Source: Terriglobales bacterium (GTDB taxonomy: Bacteria > Acidobacteriota > Terriglobia > Terriglobales > SCQP01). From it: a stretch of 61,337 nucleotides of DNA. The first letter of the stretch is position 1. The number at the start of each line of letters is the position of its first letter. The translations under genes were made by a program, and so were the position numbers. Location: NCBI GenBank assembly GCA_036561225.1, contig DATBPS010000143.1, positions 1 to 61,337 of the forward strand, given 5' to 3'. Shown here in pieces: positions 8,478 to 16,789 of the stretch. The notes beneath the pieces were generated by a model. It ran no database searches. It worked only from the letters and a program-made list of their open reading frames with translations, and was not told where the DNA came from.

Positions 8478-8530
8478 GGGGTCAGAATTCAGGGGTCAGG
8501 ATTTAGGGGTTAGGGGTCAGGGGTTCGGGG
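8478..8530. repeat. tandem heptanucleotide array GGGGTYA (plus strand), about 8 units of which 2 are degenerate
   Basis: GGGGTCA GAATTCA GGGGTCA GGATTTA GGGGTTA GGGGTCA GGGGTTC GGGG. It overlaps the last codons and the stop (8503..8505) of the JAMM gene. Confidence 0.85.
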
Positions 8531-8940
8531 AGAAAGCGGGAGCGGTCGTCGGCGAGTTCGAAGGAGTTGGCGGCGTCGCTGGGGGCGCGCCGGCCGCGGG
8601 CGATGGAGACGATGAGGTAGGAGTAGCCGGGCCAGGCGGCGTGGTCGAGGTCGAATTGAGAGGGATGGGCGGGGTGATCGGGATGGGAGTGGTAGAAGCC
8701 GATGATCTCGAGGCCGCGGGCGCGGGCGCTGCGCTGGGCCGCCAGATGCTCGCGCGGGTCGAGGTCATAGCGGGTTTGGGGCGAGGTGGTATTGGCGTTG
8801 CGCATGCGCTCGGCGGCCGACACCCGCCGGGCGCCCTGGGCAAAGTTGCCGAGCAACAGGCCGCAGCACTCATAGGGGTAGGTCTGTTCGGCGTGGCGGA
8901 AGACGGCTTCCAGCACCTCGGGAGGACAGATCAGCGCCAC
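8503..8940 (-). CDS. JAMM/MPN+ (Mov34) family metalloprotease
   Basis: EQTYPYECCGLL and HSHPDHPAHPSQFD (HxHx7Sx2D) motifs. A GTG start at 8940 overlaps the stop of the upstream membrane-protein gene. Confidence 0.85.
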   Translation of the reverse strand: MALICPPEVLEAVFRHAEQTYPYECCGLLLGNFAQGARRVSAAERMRNANTTSPQTRYDLDPREHLAAQRSARARGLEIIGFYHSHPDHPAHPSQFDLDHAAWPGYSYLIVSIARGRRAPSDAANSFELADDRSRFLPEPLTPNP

Positions 8941-9563
8941 GATGGTGGATCCTGCGGCAGCGGGCGCACCAGCAGCCAAGCGCCCAGGACGGCGATGGGG
9001 AGCAACTCCAGCGGCGCCAGCGCCTGGGCGAGAGAGGCGGGTTCGGCCAGTCCCGGCGGCAGGCCGAATACCGGCAGACCGGTGGAGAAGCTGACGGTAC
9101 TCATCAGACCGTAGTAGCCGAAGGCAATGCCGGGGATGAGCAGCACCAGTCCCAGGGTGGTGCGCGCCGCCGGCTGCCGGCGGGCGGCCCATATGCAACC
9201 GAGCAGCGCTCCCGGGACCAGCCAGGCGGCGCCGCCGGAGAGGCAGACGCCGGCGCCGGCCAGCATCAGCAGCACGCCCAGCGCCGCCGCGCGCTCCAGC
9301 ACCAGCGCCCCGACGATGGCCAGCAGCGCCATCAGCGGTATGAGAACGCCGTGCAGGCCGCCGGCTGCGGCATCGCCGTCCAGGGGCAGCGGCGGAGGCG
9401 CCAACACCCAGGCGTAGAGGATGGTCAACACCGCTCCCAGCAGCATGGTGAACAGAGTCAGGCGCAGCCACAACCCACGCGGGGGCGCCGGTCGCGGTAC
9501 GGCCAGCGGCAGCGGCACGCCCGCCAGAGGCGGTGATGGGGGACTGTCAACCTCGCTGGACAT
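8931..9563 (-). CDS. hypothetical polytopic membrane protein
   Basis: 210 aa with about 5 hydrophobic helices. It has no recognisable motif and overlaps the JAMM gene start. Confidence 0.5.
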   Translation of the reverse strand: MSSEVDSPPSPPLAGVPLPLAVPRPAPPRGLWLRLTLFTMLLGAVLTILYAWVLAPPPLPLDGDAAAGGLHGVLIPLMALLAIVGALVLERAAALGVLLMLAGAGVCLSGGAAWLVPGALLGCIWAARRQPAARTTLGLVLLIPGIAFGYYGLMSTVSFSTGLPVFGLPPGLAEPASLAQALAPLELLPIAVLGAWLLVRPLPQDPPSWR

Positions 9564-9614
9564 CGCTGGCTGGATTTTAACAGGCCGGGAGGGGGTCGGA
9601 TACTATGGAAGACG

Positions 9615-10934
9615 ATGGCCCGCATACGACCGTTTTCCGCCTTCCGCTACGACCTCAGCCGGGTCGCGGCGGCCGCTGTGTTAACCCAGCCGTACGACAA
9701 GATCAGCCCCGATATGCGGGCGCGCTACCTGGCCGCCAGCCCCTACAACCTGGTGCGGGTGATCCTGGGCGAGAAGCACGACAGCGACACCACGAACGAC
9801 AACGTCTATACCCGCGCCGCGGGATATTTGCAGAACTGGATCGAAGCGGGGGTGTTGCGGGCTGATCCGGAGCCGGGCATCTATCCCTACACGCAGACCT
9901 TCCGCTCGCCGGCCAGCGGCGAGACGTTTACCCGGCGCGGCTTCATTGCCCTGGGGGGTCTGGAGCCGTACGACAAGAAGGTCGTGTACCGGCATGAGCA
10001 GACGCTAAGCGGCCCCAAGGCGGATCGGCAGGCGCTGCTGCGGGCTACCCATACCCACTTTGGGCAGATCTTCATGCTTTACAGCGACCCCACGCAGAGC
10101 GTGGAGCGGGAACTGCTGGAGCGTGCCCGGACACCGGTTCTCGAAGCCAGCGATGAGTACGGAACCGAGCACCGGCTGTACCGCGAGACCGATGCGGGCG
10201 TGCTGGAGCGGCTGCGCCATGCCATGGCGCCGTTGCCGCTGGTCATCGCCGACGGCCACCACCGCTACGAAACCGCGCTGCAGTGGAGCGCGGAACAGAC
10301 GGCGCAGGCTGCCCACCGTCCCGACCGGCCGTGGGAGTGGGCGATGATGACCTTCGTCAACCTGGATGCACCCGGTTTGGTGGTTCTGCCCACCCATCGC
10401 CTGGTGTATGGGCTCAAGCCCTGGAACGCGGCGACGGTGCGCGAGAAATTGCGCGCCTATTTCGACTTCGCCGACACCGGTTTGCCGGCAGCGCCGGAGT
10501 CCTGGGCGCGGCTGCGCCCTCAACTGGAAGCGGCGGCAACGCAGGGGATCGCCTTTGCGGCCGCGCTGGCGGGAGAGCCGCACGTGCACATGCTGCGCCC
10601 GCGCGCCGATCTGGACCTGGCCAAGTTGCTGCCCGATGCACTGCCCGAGCAGCGGCAGCTGGATTTGGTGGTGTTGCACCAACTCGGCCTGAACCTGGCG
10701 ATGGGGGTGACGCCGGAGATGGTGCGCGCCGAGCAGCACCTGCGTTATGTGAAAGAAGCTGCCGAGGCGCTGCAATCGGTGGCGGTGGGGGCGGCGCAGG
10801 CGGCCTTCCTGCTGCATCCCATTCCGGCCAAGCGGGTGCGCGATGTCGCCCTGGCGGGCGGAGTCATGCCGCAGAAGTCCACTGACTTCTTCCCCAAGTT
10901 ACTGACCGGGTTGACACTGCAAAAAGTAAGCTAA
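9615..10934 (+). CDS. DUF1015 family protein
   Basis: MARIRPFSAFRY... and ADGHHRYETAL are typical of DUF1015. Confidence 0.85.
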   Translation: MARIRPFSAFRYDLSRVAAAAVLTQPYDKISPDMRARYLAASPYNLVRVILGEKHDSDTTNDNVYTRAAGYLQNWIEAGVLRADPEPGIYPYTQTFRSPASGETFTRRGFIALGGLEPYDKKVVYRHEQTLSGPKADRQALLRATHTHFGQIFMLYSDPTQSVERELLERARTPVLEASDEYGTEHRLYRETDAGVLERLRHAMAPLPLVIADGHHRYETALQWSAEQTAQAAHRPDRPWEWAMMTFVNLDAPGLVVLPTHRLVYGLKPWNAATVREKLRAYFDFADTGLPAAPESWARLRPQLEAAATQGIAFAAALAGEPHVHMLRPRADLDLAKLLPDALPEQRQLDLVVLHQLGLNLAMGVTPEMVRAEQHLRYVKEAAEALQSVAVGAAQAAFLLHPIPAKRVRDVALAGGVMPQKSTDFFPKLLTGLTLQKVS

Positions 10935-10936
10935 GC

Positions 10937-10961
10937 GCGGGCCGGTCGGGCCCGCGCTCGG
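10937..10961. terminator. GC-rich hairpin between convergent genes (possible bidirectional terminator, no U tract)
   Basis: GCGCGGGCC-GGTCG-GGCCCGCGC, a 9-bp stem. Confidence 0.35.
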
Positions 10962-10982
10962 CGCGGAGTCAGGCTTCGCGAT

Positions 10983-11327
10983 TTAGCGGAAGCTGGCGAC
11001 GGCGGCGGCTTCGTCGTCGTAGACGTCGAAGACGGTGAGCAGCTTGGTGATCATCAGCAGTTCGTGGAAGCGCTTGGTGATGGCGGCCAGCTTCACCTTG
11101 GCGCCGCTGGAGTTGGCGGTGCTGTACAAGCCGACGAGCGCGCCCAGGCCGCTGCTGTCGATGAAGTCGACGTTGGCCAGGTTGATGACGATCTTCTTGA
11201 CGCCGTTGGCGAGCAAACCTTTGACGCTCTCGCGCAGGTCATTGGTTTCCTGGCCGAGAATAATACGGCCGTTTGCCTCGACTACAGTGATGCCCTCGAC
11301 AGTGCGGGTGGATAGTTTAAGAGCCAC
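10983..11327 (-). CDS. STAS domain anti-sigma-factor antagonist (SpoIIAA/RsbV-like)
   Basis: 114 aa. ...VINLANVDFIDSSGLGALVG... contains the conserved phosphorylatable Ser context. Confidence 0.88.
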   Translation of the reverse strand: MALKLSTRTVEGITVVEANGRIILGQETNDLRESVKGLLANGVKKIVINLANVDFIDSSGLGALVGLYSTANSSGAKVKLAAITKRFHELLMITKLLTVFDVYDDEAAAVASFR

Positions 11328-11383
11328 GCTAGTCTCTCCTCTGAAACGCTAAGCTGCAATTAGACACTAGTGGCGCATCCGGG

Positions 11384-11959
11384 TCAACCTTGGATTTGCC
11401 GTCTTTCGGCCATTTCGTGGCGAATGGCAGTCCGGTCAGTGGGCTGCAGGTAAGTTCGCAGGGCGGGAAAGACCACCCGTTCCTCCAATTCCAGGTGCTC
11501 CTGCCAGGCGGCGTCGAGCCTTTCCGCGGTGGCGGCGGTCTCGGGGGCGCGCTCGGGATGGTGGCTGAGTCCGGCCCATTGCGGCAGCAGAGTGGCCACC
11601 AGCTTGTCTATGGCAACATGCTGATCCACCATGGCCTGGTTGGCTTCGGCGGCCAGCGTGGCCCCGGCCTGGAGGAGAGCCGAGCGGAGGCGCGGGTATA
11701 CGGACTGATTTTCATCGGCCTCGTGCAGGGGCAAGGCTACGCTGTAGTAGCGATGCACGGCCTGAGCGGCGGCGCCGATCTGGTCCGGGGGCGCGCCGGG
11801 GACGGCCAGACGGCGAGCCATGGCGGTGAAGTGGCGGATGCGCTGATGGCAGCCGAGCAATAAATCCACCGCATCGCTGGTGTCGCCGCCTTTTAAGGCA
11901 TCGGCCAGACTGGCACCCAGGGGCGGAGCCTGCTTTCCGGGAGCGATATGGGTGAGCAT
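11384..11959 (-). CDS. hemerythrin (HHE cation-binding) domain protein
   Basis: CHQRIRHF, LHEADE and QEHLELEERVVFPAL histidine/acidic ligand patterns. Confidence 0.75.
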   Translation of the reverse strand: MLTHIAPGKQAPPLGASLADALKGGDTSDAVDLLLGCHQRIRHFTAMARRLAVPGAPPDQIGAAAQAVHRYYSVALPLHEADENQSVYPRLRSALLQAGATLAAEANQAMVDQHVAIDKLVATLLPQWAGLSHHPERAPETAATAERLDAAWQEHLELEERVVFPALRTYLQPTDRTAIRHEMAERRQIQG

Positions 11960-11968
11960 AGTTCCAGT

Positions 11969-12415
11969 CTAGCGCCCGCGCTGGGCAAACCAGCCTTCGA
12001 GGCTGCCGCGGTAGGCTTCGGGGAACTCAGCGAGAACGCGGCGGGCGAGAACCAACTCCATGGCGGCGGCGGGCTCAAAGCCCAAACCGCACAACACCGC
12101 GGCCGCCGCCAGAGGTCCGCGGTGGATGCCGGCGGCGCAATGAACGTAGACCTGGGACTCCGGGTCGCGCAAGGCAGTGACGGCGAAGCGGGTCGCCTGC
12201 TCGAGCAGCTCCGGAGCCTTGGGGGCGAAGTCATCCTCGACCGGAAGCCACAACACCTGGATGCCGAAAAAACTGGCCAGTTCGGTGTCGTCGAACTCCG
12301 CCTGCAGGTCAACGACATGGGTGAAGCCCAGCCGCGACACCTCACGCATGGCCTCGATCGTCCAAATTCCTCCGCCCACGGCGAGGCGGCGATCCAGGAT
12401 ATAGTCCAGGTCCAC
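11969..12415 (-). CDS. dual-specificity / tyrosine protein phosphatase family protein
   Basis: CX5R active-site loop VHCAAGIHRGP. Confidence 0.8.
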   Translation of the reverse strand: MDLDYILDRRLAVGGGIWTIEAMREVSRLGFTHVVDLQAEFDDTELASFFGIQVLWLPVEDDFAPKAPELLEQATRFAVTALRDPESQVYVHCAAGIHRGPLAAAAVLCGLGFEPAAAMELVLARRVLAEFPEAYRGSLEGWFAQRGR

Positions 12416-12463
12416 GGCTTGTGCTGAGATGCCGGGCAGAGCTGGTGCGTCCGCCCGCGGCGG

Positions 12464-12952
12464 CTAGCGCTTCTTGCGCGCCGGCGACTTTTTCTTCGCC
12501 GTCTTGCGTGCCGCCGGTCGCGAAGTCTTGCGGACCGCCTTGGCGGCGGGCCGCGATTTCTTCTTCGCGGCGGCCTTCTTGCGCGCCGGCCGGGCCACTT
12601 TTTTCGCGGCCTTTTTAGCGCTGCCGCGTTTGGCAGCCACCTTGGCCTTGGCCTTTTTGGCGGCCGGCCGGGCCGCCTTTTTCGCGGGCTTTTTGGCCGC
12701 CGCCTTGGGGGCCGCCGGCTTTTTTGCGGCGGGCTTGCGGGCGGCGACACGACGCGCCGGAACGGCGGGTGCGACGGTCTCGAAGGTGGTCACGGTGACC
12801 GGGGTTTCGGTCAGCACCGCGAACGCATCCAGCTCGTCCGCTTCTTCATCGTCATAGCTGTGGGCGGCTTCGTTGCCGAAGCTGCCAAAGGGATCTTCGG
12901 GATCGCTGGCCGCGGCCCAGCGCGGCTTCAGGTTCTCATCGTCGCAGTGCAT
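12464..12952 (-). CDS. histone H1-like lysine/alanine-rich protein with acidic N-terminal half
   Basis: ATG at residue 186 of track ORF 12464..13507, preceded by AGGAGG. The C-terminal 90 aa are AKKPAA/KKAA repeats. Confidence 0.7.
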   Translation of the reverse strand: MHCDDENLKPRWAAASDPEDPFGSFGNEAAHSYDDEEADELDAFAVLTETPVTVTTFETVAPAVPARRVAARKPAAKKPAAPKAAAKKPAKKAARPAAKKAKAKVAAKRGSAKKAAKKVARPARKKAAAKKKSRPAAKAVRKTSRPAARKTAKKKSPARKKR

Positions 12953-13046
12953 CTGGCCTCCTAGCTGCTGCCTTCGTAACCATCCTATGCCCGAATCCTT
13001 TGGGCAGTGTCCAGTATTCTGGCAACTCCGGGCCGCCTCCGCAAGC

Positions 13047-14615
13047 TCATCGGCGGCTGGAGGGCGCCTTTTTTCGCGTCGCCTTGACCAACACCGGCCC
13101 GCGCGGCAGGGCGAGTGGCGTGCCTGCCAGGGGGGCCGATCCGGCGGGGAGGTGGTTGGCGGTGCGCAAGCGGTCGGCGGAGAGGCGATAGCGGCGCGCC
13201 AGTTGGGACCAAGTCTCGCCGGCTTGTACCCAGTGCATCCGCCAGAGCAAGCGCCCGGCGGGGGGGACCTGCCGCATGGCCTCCAGGTATTGCTTCTGGG
13301 TGCCCTGGGGCAGCTTGAGGGTGTACCCGGGAGGCGCTTCAAAGTGCAGCAGGGCGGGGTTGAGGTGTTGTATATCTGCCACAGTGACGCCGGCGCATTC
13401 CGCGGCCAGCCGAATGTCAGTGGCGACGGTGATCTCTTCCAGGTCGGGGGCGAGGGGTGGGTCAGCGTCGGGCACGGTAATGCCGTATTGGCCGGGGTTG
13501 TCGGCAATGATGGCCATGGCCAAAATCACCGGCACATAGTTGCGCCAGCTCCGGGGCAAAGCGCCGGAGTCGTAGAGCTTGAAAAAATCGGCGTAGCCGG
13601 TGCGCGCCACGATAGCCTGAATGGTTGCCGGCCCGGTGTTGTAGGCGGCCATGGCCAGGTACCAGTCGCCGAACTCGCTGTACAGGTCCTTGAGATGGTG
13701 GGCGGCGGCCTGGGTGGCGGCTTGGGGATCGTAGCGCAAATCCAGCCAGCGGGTACGCTTCAGGTCGTAGTCGTCGGCACGGGCTGCCATGAACTGCCAC
13801 ATTCCGCGCGCGCCGGCGCTGGACACCAGGCGTGGGTCAAAGTCACTCTCCAACTGCGCCATGTAGATGAGGTCGGAGGGGATGCCGACTTGCTGAAAGG
13901 TTTTCTCGATCATGTCGCGGTAGCGGCCGGCACGGGCGAAGCCATGCAGCAGATCCGCTTTGCCGCGGGTGGTGAAGTACTGGATGTAATGCAGCACCGG
14001 GTCGTTGAGCACCAGCGGCAGATCGCCCTGGCGATTGCGGGTGACAGACTTCTGGCTCTCCGCCTCCAGCCGTGCCTTGGTGGCGGCATCGAGAGGGAAG
14101 GTGGGCTCGGGAATTCGGTCGAGGGGCGAGGCGGGGGCGGGCGCCTGGTTGAGGCCGCCCGCCGCCAGGGCATCGCTTTCCATGGCCTGGATGCGATCGA
14201 GGAGCGAGTCCAGTTCCTTCTGCAGAGGAGGAGTGGCGGGTATGTCGAAGGGGCTGGCCAGCAATTGGTCGAGAGTGGCGTCGAAGGCGAGCCGGGCTTC
14301 GTCGAGCTGGCCCTGGCGATCGAGCCGCAGAGCCGCCTGGTACTTGGATTCGAGGGAGGCAATTAGCTGCGTTATGGCGTCGTTGGGGGCGGAGGGCGCC
14401 GTCGCCAGCGGCGGCGGCTTGGCGGGGGTGGGATGGGCCGGCGAAGTCGCCGCGGGCAAAGCTGGCGAGAGCTTCGCGGGGGCCGGGGGGTGCGGAGGCG
14501 CAGGGGTGGGAGCCTCGACTGCCGGCGGGGGTGCAAGCGGGGGGGCTGGCTGGGTGCGACACCCAGCCAGCGCCAGTAAGAATCCGCCGCAGAGGGCGGC
14601 GCGGAGCCCCTTCAT
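13047..14615 (-). CDS. lytic transglycosylase (SLT domain) with C-terminal LysM domains, MltD-like
   Basis: Lipoprotein-like signal ...LALAGC, SLT motif MAQLESDFDPRLVSSAGARGMWQFM, and two LysM-like segments at the C-terminus. Confidence 0.88.
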   Translation of the reverse strand: MKGLRAALCGGFLLALAGCRTQPAPPLAPPPAVEAPTPAPPHPPAPAKLSPALPAATSPAHPTPAKPPPLATAPSAPNDAITQLIASLESKYQAALRLDRQGQLDEARLAFDATLDQLLASPFDIPATPPLQKELDSLLDRIQAMESDALAAGGLNQAPAPASPLDRIPEPTFPLDAATKARLEAESQKSVTRNRQGDLPLVLNDPVLHYIQYFTTRGKADLLHGFARAGRYRDMIEKTFQQVGIPSDLIYMAQLESDFDPRLVSSAGARGMWQFMAARADDYDLKRTRWLDLRYDPQAATQAAAHHLKDLYSEFGDWYLAMAAYNTGPATIQAIVARTGYADFFKLYDSGALPRSWRNYVPVILAMAIIADNPGQYGITVPDADPPLAPDLEEITVATDIRLAAECAGVTVADIQHLNPALLHFEAPPGYTLKLPQGTQKQYLEAMRQVPPAGRLLWRMHWVQAGETWSQLARRYRLSADRLRTANHLPAGSAPLAGTPLALPRGPVLVKATRKKAPSSRR

Positions 14616-14623
14616 GCCTCCGA

Positions 14624-15628
14624 TTATGCCTGTTGTGGAAGGACGGCGGAGGACCGGGATCGGCGGGAAGGCCGTCGCGCCGCTTGCTGCAGTGGCAACT
14701 GGCGCCGGAGCACACCGGGCAGATCGGTCATGGCTTGCAGTGCGGTCTCGGCGGCGGTGAGCGAGGCCCGCACCTCGCTTTCATCGCGCCGGGTAAGGCG
14801 GGCCAGTTCCAGGGGCCGGAAACCTTCGAGCAGATAGAGCACCAGGTCATGGCGTTGCTGCTCGGGCAGGGGGCGCAGGGCGGCGGCCAAACGGTCCATG
14901 GTTTCGACTGCGGCGGTGGCCTGCTCGGGGTCGGCATCGTGGGCAGCCAGCGCTTCGGCCGCCTCCGGATCGAGGCTCTCGACCTCCAGACCATGGCGGC
15001 GGTCGCCGTAGTTTTTCACCGCCTGGCGGATAGCCTGGGCGGTCAGCAACAGCAGCCAGCGGCCGCGGTTTTGCCCCGCCGCGCCGGGGCGTTCGCCCAG
15101 AGCGGTGGTCACCACCTCGTTGAGAATTTCGGCCGGTTCGAGCCAGCCTTCGGGAATTTCTCCCAGGCGTTCCCGCAGCTCCAATTGGCGACGGACGAAG
15201 GCCAGCAATTGGGCGTAGTGATGGCCAAAGTAGGCGGCCAGATCGGCGGTGGCGGCGGCACGGGCATCGGCCCCGACCGCCGAGGGCGAGTGCCGGCGGG
15301 CGGCGCGCACGCGATGGAACCGTGGGCGGGTTTCGCGCAGCCGCTGCTTGTGCTTGTTGAGCTGACGGATGAGTTCATCGCCGGCTCCGCGCAAGGCGAT
15401 CTGCGCAGTGGCGGCGGTGCGCTCGCTGCTCAACTGCCCGGTGGGCAGGTGCAGGGTCAAGCGGCAGTGGACACCTTCGCGGCTGGTGTGGCGCTGCACC
15501 CGTCCGTGCAACTGCACCAGATCAGGGTGGAAGACAAACAGCAGGGGGGAGAGTTTATGTTGAAAGCGGTCGAGGATTTGGTTGAGTTCGGGGGAGCGGG
15601 GAACCTGCACGGTAAGGTGAATGTTCAT
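14624..15628 (-). CDS. fusion protein: N-terminal HPF/RaiA (S30AE)-like domain + C-terminal sigma-70 (ECF-like) region 2/4-like module
   Basis: MNIHLTVQVP...IALRGAGDELIRQLNKHKQRLRE is the HPF pattern. LPEQQRHDLVLYLLEGFRPLELARLTRRDESEVRASL is a region-4-like HTH. Confidence 0.6.
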   Translation of the reverse strand: MNIHLTVQVPRSPELNQILDRFQHKLSPLLFVFHPDLVQLHGRVQRHTSREGVHCRLTLHLPTGQLSSERTAATAQIALRGAGDELIRQLNKHKQRLRETRPRFHRVRAARRHSPSAVGADARAAATADLAAYFGHHYAQLLAFVRRQLELRERLGEIPEGWLEPAEILNEVVTTALGERPGAAGQNRGRWLLLLTAQAIRQAVKNYGDRRHGLEVESLDPEAAEALAAHDADPEQATAAVETMDRLAAALRPLPEQQRHDLVLYLLEGFRPLELARLTRRDESEVRASLTAAETALQAMTDLPGVLRRQLPLQQAARRPSRRSRSSAVLPQQA

Positions 15629-15646
15629 CTTGGCCCTCTAAAGTCA

Positions 15647-16438
15647 CTAAGCAATCTGACGCAAGCGCCGGGACGGAAGTTTCGTCTGGAGTGGAGCAGC
15701 GGGGGCGGAGCTGCGCCACAGCGCCATGCCCACCGACCAGGTTCCGGAATAGGCAATGCCGGACTTGGCGGCGAGGCCGAATCCGGCGGGAATCAAACCC
15801 ACCAACTCGCGGGCCAGCGCGCGCCACCCGAGGCCGCCGGCGACGATGGCCGCCACGCGGCCGGATTGCGCGCGCCACCCGACCGGCTCGCCGCGCAGCG
15901 CCGCCAGTTCGAAGGCCAGACCGATCTGGTTGGCGGTGAGCAAGACCGTGTCCGAACCCATTTCGCCCAGGGCCAGCACCAGGCTCAGAGGATTGGGAAA
16001 AACTTCCGGCAGAGCGCTGATCGCCGCCAGGGAGGCATTGCGCACGGCCACGGAGCGGATGAGATCCATGGCCAGCAGCTCGCGCAAGGCGGGATAGGTT
16101 CGCCCCAGCGCCAGACGGTAGCGCGGATGGGCGGCCAACAGCGCGCGCAAACCCGGTTCGGGATCGTCCGGATGCACCACCACCACGTCGGCGACGGGCG
16201 CGGACGGGCCGCAGACGCGAATTTCAGCCGGCGGGTCGGCGGAGGCATGGAAGTGTGCCACGGCGCGCTCCCGCTCTGGACCGCTTAATCCGTCGGGGAC
16301 AAACAGGCGGCTCAGAGCTTCACGTTCGGCCTCATGGCCGCTGAGCAGTTGGAGGCGGAAGCGCCGCTCGGCATCCTGACGGATGCGGGACGGCCTCAGG
16401 CTGCGTGCCTTCTTCAGGCTTTGTTTTACCGCGCCCAT
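15647..16438 (-). CDS. hypothetical protein, C-terminal half DUF697-like
   Basis: ATG (MGAVKQSL) at residue 319 of track ORF 15647..17392. The upstream part of that ORF is antisense to apt and acyP. Confidence 0.5.
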   Translation of the reverse strand: MGAVKQSLKKARSLRPSRIRQDAERRFRLQLLSGHEAEREALSRLFVPDGLSGPERERAVAHFHASADPPAEIRVCGPSAPVADVVVVHPDDPEPGLRALLAAHPRYRLALGRTYPALRELLAMDLIRSVAVRNASLAAISALPEVFPNPLSLVLALGEMGSDTVLLTANQIGLAFELAALRGEPVGWRAQSGRVAAIVAGGLGWRALARELVGLIPAGFGLAAKSGIAYSGTWSVGMALWRSSAPAAPLQTKLPSRRLRQIA

Positions 16439-16503
16439 CTTCGCCCAGACTTCTGTGGCTATGATGCGCCCATTTCCTTTCCCGTCGGCCCTACAATTCG
16501 TGT

Positions 16504-16773
16504 GTGGCCTCAGCGGCACGGTTTGATGTCTATGGCATAGTGCAAGGAGTCGGCTTTCGGGCCTTTGTGCAGAGGGAAGCGCAGCGGCTACAACTGCACG
16601 GCTGGGTACGAAACCGCGAAGATGGATCCGTGGAAGTGCTGGCCACGGGAGAGACAGAGGCCATCGAGCGGCTGGAAATGGTGCTGAACCAGGGCCCGCG
16701 GATGGCAGAAGTCGAGCGCGTGGTGCGCCATAATGCCGAAGCGCCTTCGGCATCTGGATTTCACATTGCCTAG
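16504..16773 (+). CDS. acyP: acylphosphatase
   Basis: [37 protein letters not shown] is the acylphosphatase signature. Confidence 0.88.
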   Translation: MASAARFDVYGIVQGVGFRAFVQREAQRLQLHGWVRNREDGSVEVLATGETEAIERLEMVLNQGPRMAEVERVVRHNAEAPSASGFHIA

Positions 16774-16789
16774 TGGAAAGGACAACTTC

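Noticed and set aside
8318-8502. Search for a small ThiS/MoaD/CysO-like ORF between the JAMM and ThiF-rhodanese genes
   Set aside because: The only ATG-initiated frame on the gene strand is 18 codons (MTRTSLSMRRPGDSAGRC), with no Gly-Gly end. No Ubl gene is present there.
8478-8530. Heptamer arrays (here and at 57518..57566) as a CRISPR array, or as eukaryotic telomere contamination
   Set aside because: A 7-nt period with no spacers is incompatible with CRISPR. The arrays are short (about 50 nt), are embedded between bacterial genes, and the upstream bacterial CDSs read into them, so they are not telomeric contaminant reads.
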